Origin: Torpedo marmorata
Lineage: Eukaryota
Direction of reading: 5' to 3'
Length of the DNA: 64,000 nucleotides
Assembly: GCA_977017645.1 (NCBI GenBank)
Contig: OZ360233.1
Location: 75,950,001 to 76,014,000 of the forward strand
Below the pieces are notes generated by a model that saw only the letters and a program-made list of their open reading frames with translations, made no database searches and had not been told where the DNA came from. Of this stretch, positions 63,092-64,000 are shown in pieces (the stretch's first letter is position 1; each line of letters starts with the position of its first letter). The position numbers and the translations under genes are program-made.

Positions 63092-63303
63092 TAAAAACAC
63101 ACCGAAATTCTGGAGGAACTCAGCCAGTCTTTCAGCGTCCATAGGAGGCAAAGATATATTGCCGACGTTTCGGGCTTGAGCCCTTCTTCAAGAACATCGG
63201 CAATATATCTTTGTCTCCAATGGACTTTGAAAGACCGGCTGCGTTCCTGCAGCATTTCGGTGTGTTTTTACTACAATCACAGCGTCTGCAGACTTTTGTG
63301 TTT
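63092..63303. mobile_element. Penelope-derived fold-back mini-element with a hammerhead motif in the loop
   Basis: ~75-bp inverted arms; TSD CAGGACATA(C/G)TGTGA at 63077-63091 and 63304-63318. Confidence 0.8.
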
Positions 63304-63680
63304 CAGGACATAGTGTGAACTCGCGTCAAAACAGTTCCTTGAGGCAATCACACAGAAGGTTAAACAAAAAGCAGAGGGTGACCTGCACAGACAAGCCTCG
63401 GTGAAAACTGGCAGCATTTCAAAGGAGAGTGAAGGGAACCTGCAGGAACAGGCCTAAGTTTCTGTGTCCCAACTGCAGGGCACCTTGTTTACGAGACACA
63501 AAAACCAGAGACCAAGACAAAGGATCTGAGAAGTCCTTCATCATCCACGGCCGCCCCTTCCCCTCACCGCCAACTGACCAATGGGCATCAAGCGCCAAAA
63601 AACGATGCCACTTTGGCCAGAATGACCCAATTATCACGCATCGTAAATACAACTGTCACGAAGCTCTGACACTGATGTGA

Positions 63681-63922
63681 AGGCGGCACGGTTAGTGTAG
63701 CGGTTATCGCAACGCTAATACAGCGCCACTGACCTGGTTCAAATCCGGCGCTCTCTGTAAGGAGTTTGTACGTTCTCCCTGTGTCTGCGTGGGTTTTCTC
63801 GGAGTGCTCCAGTTTCCTCCCACTCTCCAAAATGTACGGGGGTGGTAGGTTAATTGGGGTATTTGTGCGGCACAGCCTTGTGGGCCTGTTTTCATGCTGT
63901 ATGTCTAATTTTAAATTATTAA
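63681..63922 (+). mobile_element. V-domain SINE
   Basis: GGCGGCACGGTTAGTGTAGCGG A-box-like head, GGTTCAAATCC B-box, core and tail. Confidence 0.8.
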
Positions 63923-64000
63923 ATGTAAGTAAAACCAATTGTAACGAGGAAATAACACAATGCAAAACTCGTTTCAAGTTTTACAAGGTTGTGGGGGAAG

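Noticed and set aside
63330-63680. ELK4 non-coding exon 1 or promoter
   Set aside because: Only mildly CpG-enriched and no convincing minus-strand donor; exon 1 could not be placed and may lie beyond the window.
63681-63750. tRNA gene
   Set aside because: tRNA-like head of a SINE followed by the V-domain core; no complete cloverleaf.

Overview
This is vertebrate genomic DNA, most likely from a cartilaginous fish (inferred from HE1/V-SINE-like SINEs, CR1, Rex1-like, L1-clade and Penelope-like repeats). It is not prokaryotic. The only host protein-coding gene I can support is an ELK4 (SAP-1) orthologue on the minus strand, with four coding exons (33503-33709, 29407-30246, 25702-25818, 13605-13703; 420 aa), canonical GT-AG junctions and a non-coding first exon that I could not locate. 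Most of the remaining sequence is nested transposable elements. Four observations stand out. (1) A CpG-rich element inside the last ELK4 intron is built on a 50-bp near-perfect inverted repeat that duplicates YY1-like and ZNF143/Staf-like motifs and is flanked by outward-facing GTAAGT donors on both strands; it is a candidate bidirectional intronic promoter or hairpin RNA. (2) A young, apparently full-length Rex1-like LINE has its whole 5' end inverted (twin-priming signature), and an L1-clade copy shows the same structure. (3) Many Penelope-derived mini-elements carry minimal hammerhead-ribozyme motifs, some sense to the ELK4 pre-mRNA. (4) Large inverted LINE pairs lie upstream of the first coding exon. 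All calls are by eye; no database search was run, and repeat boundaries are approximate unless target-site duplications (TSDs) are given.
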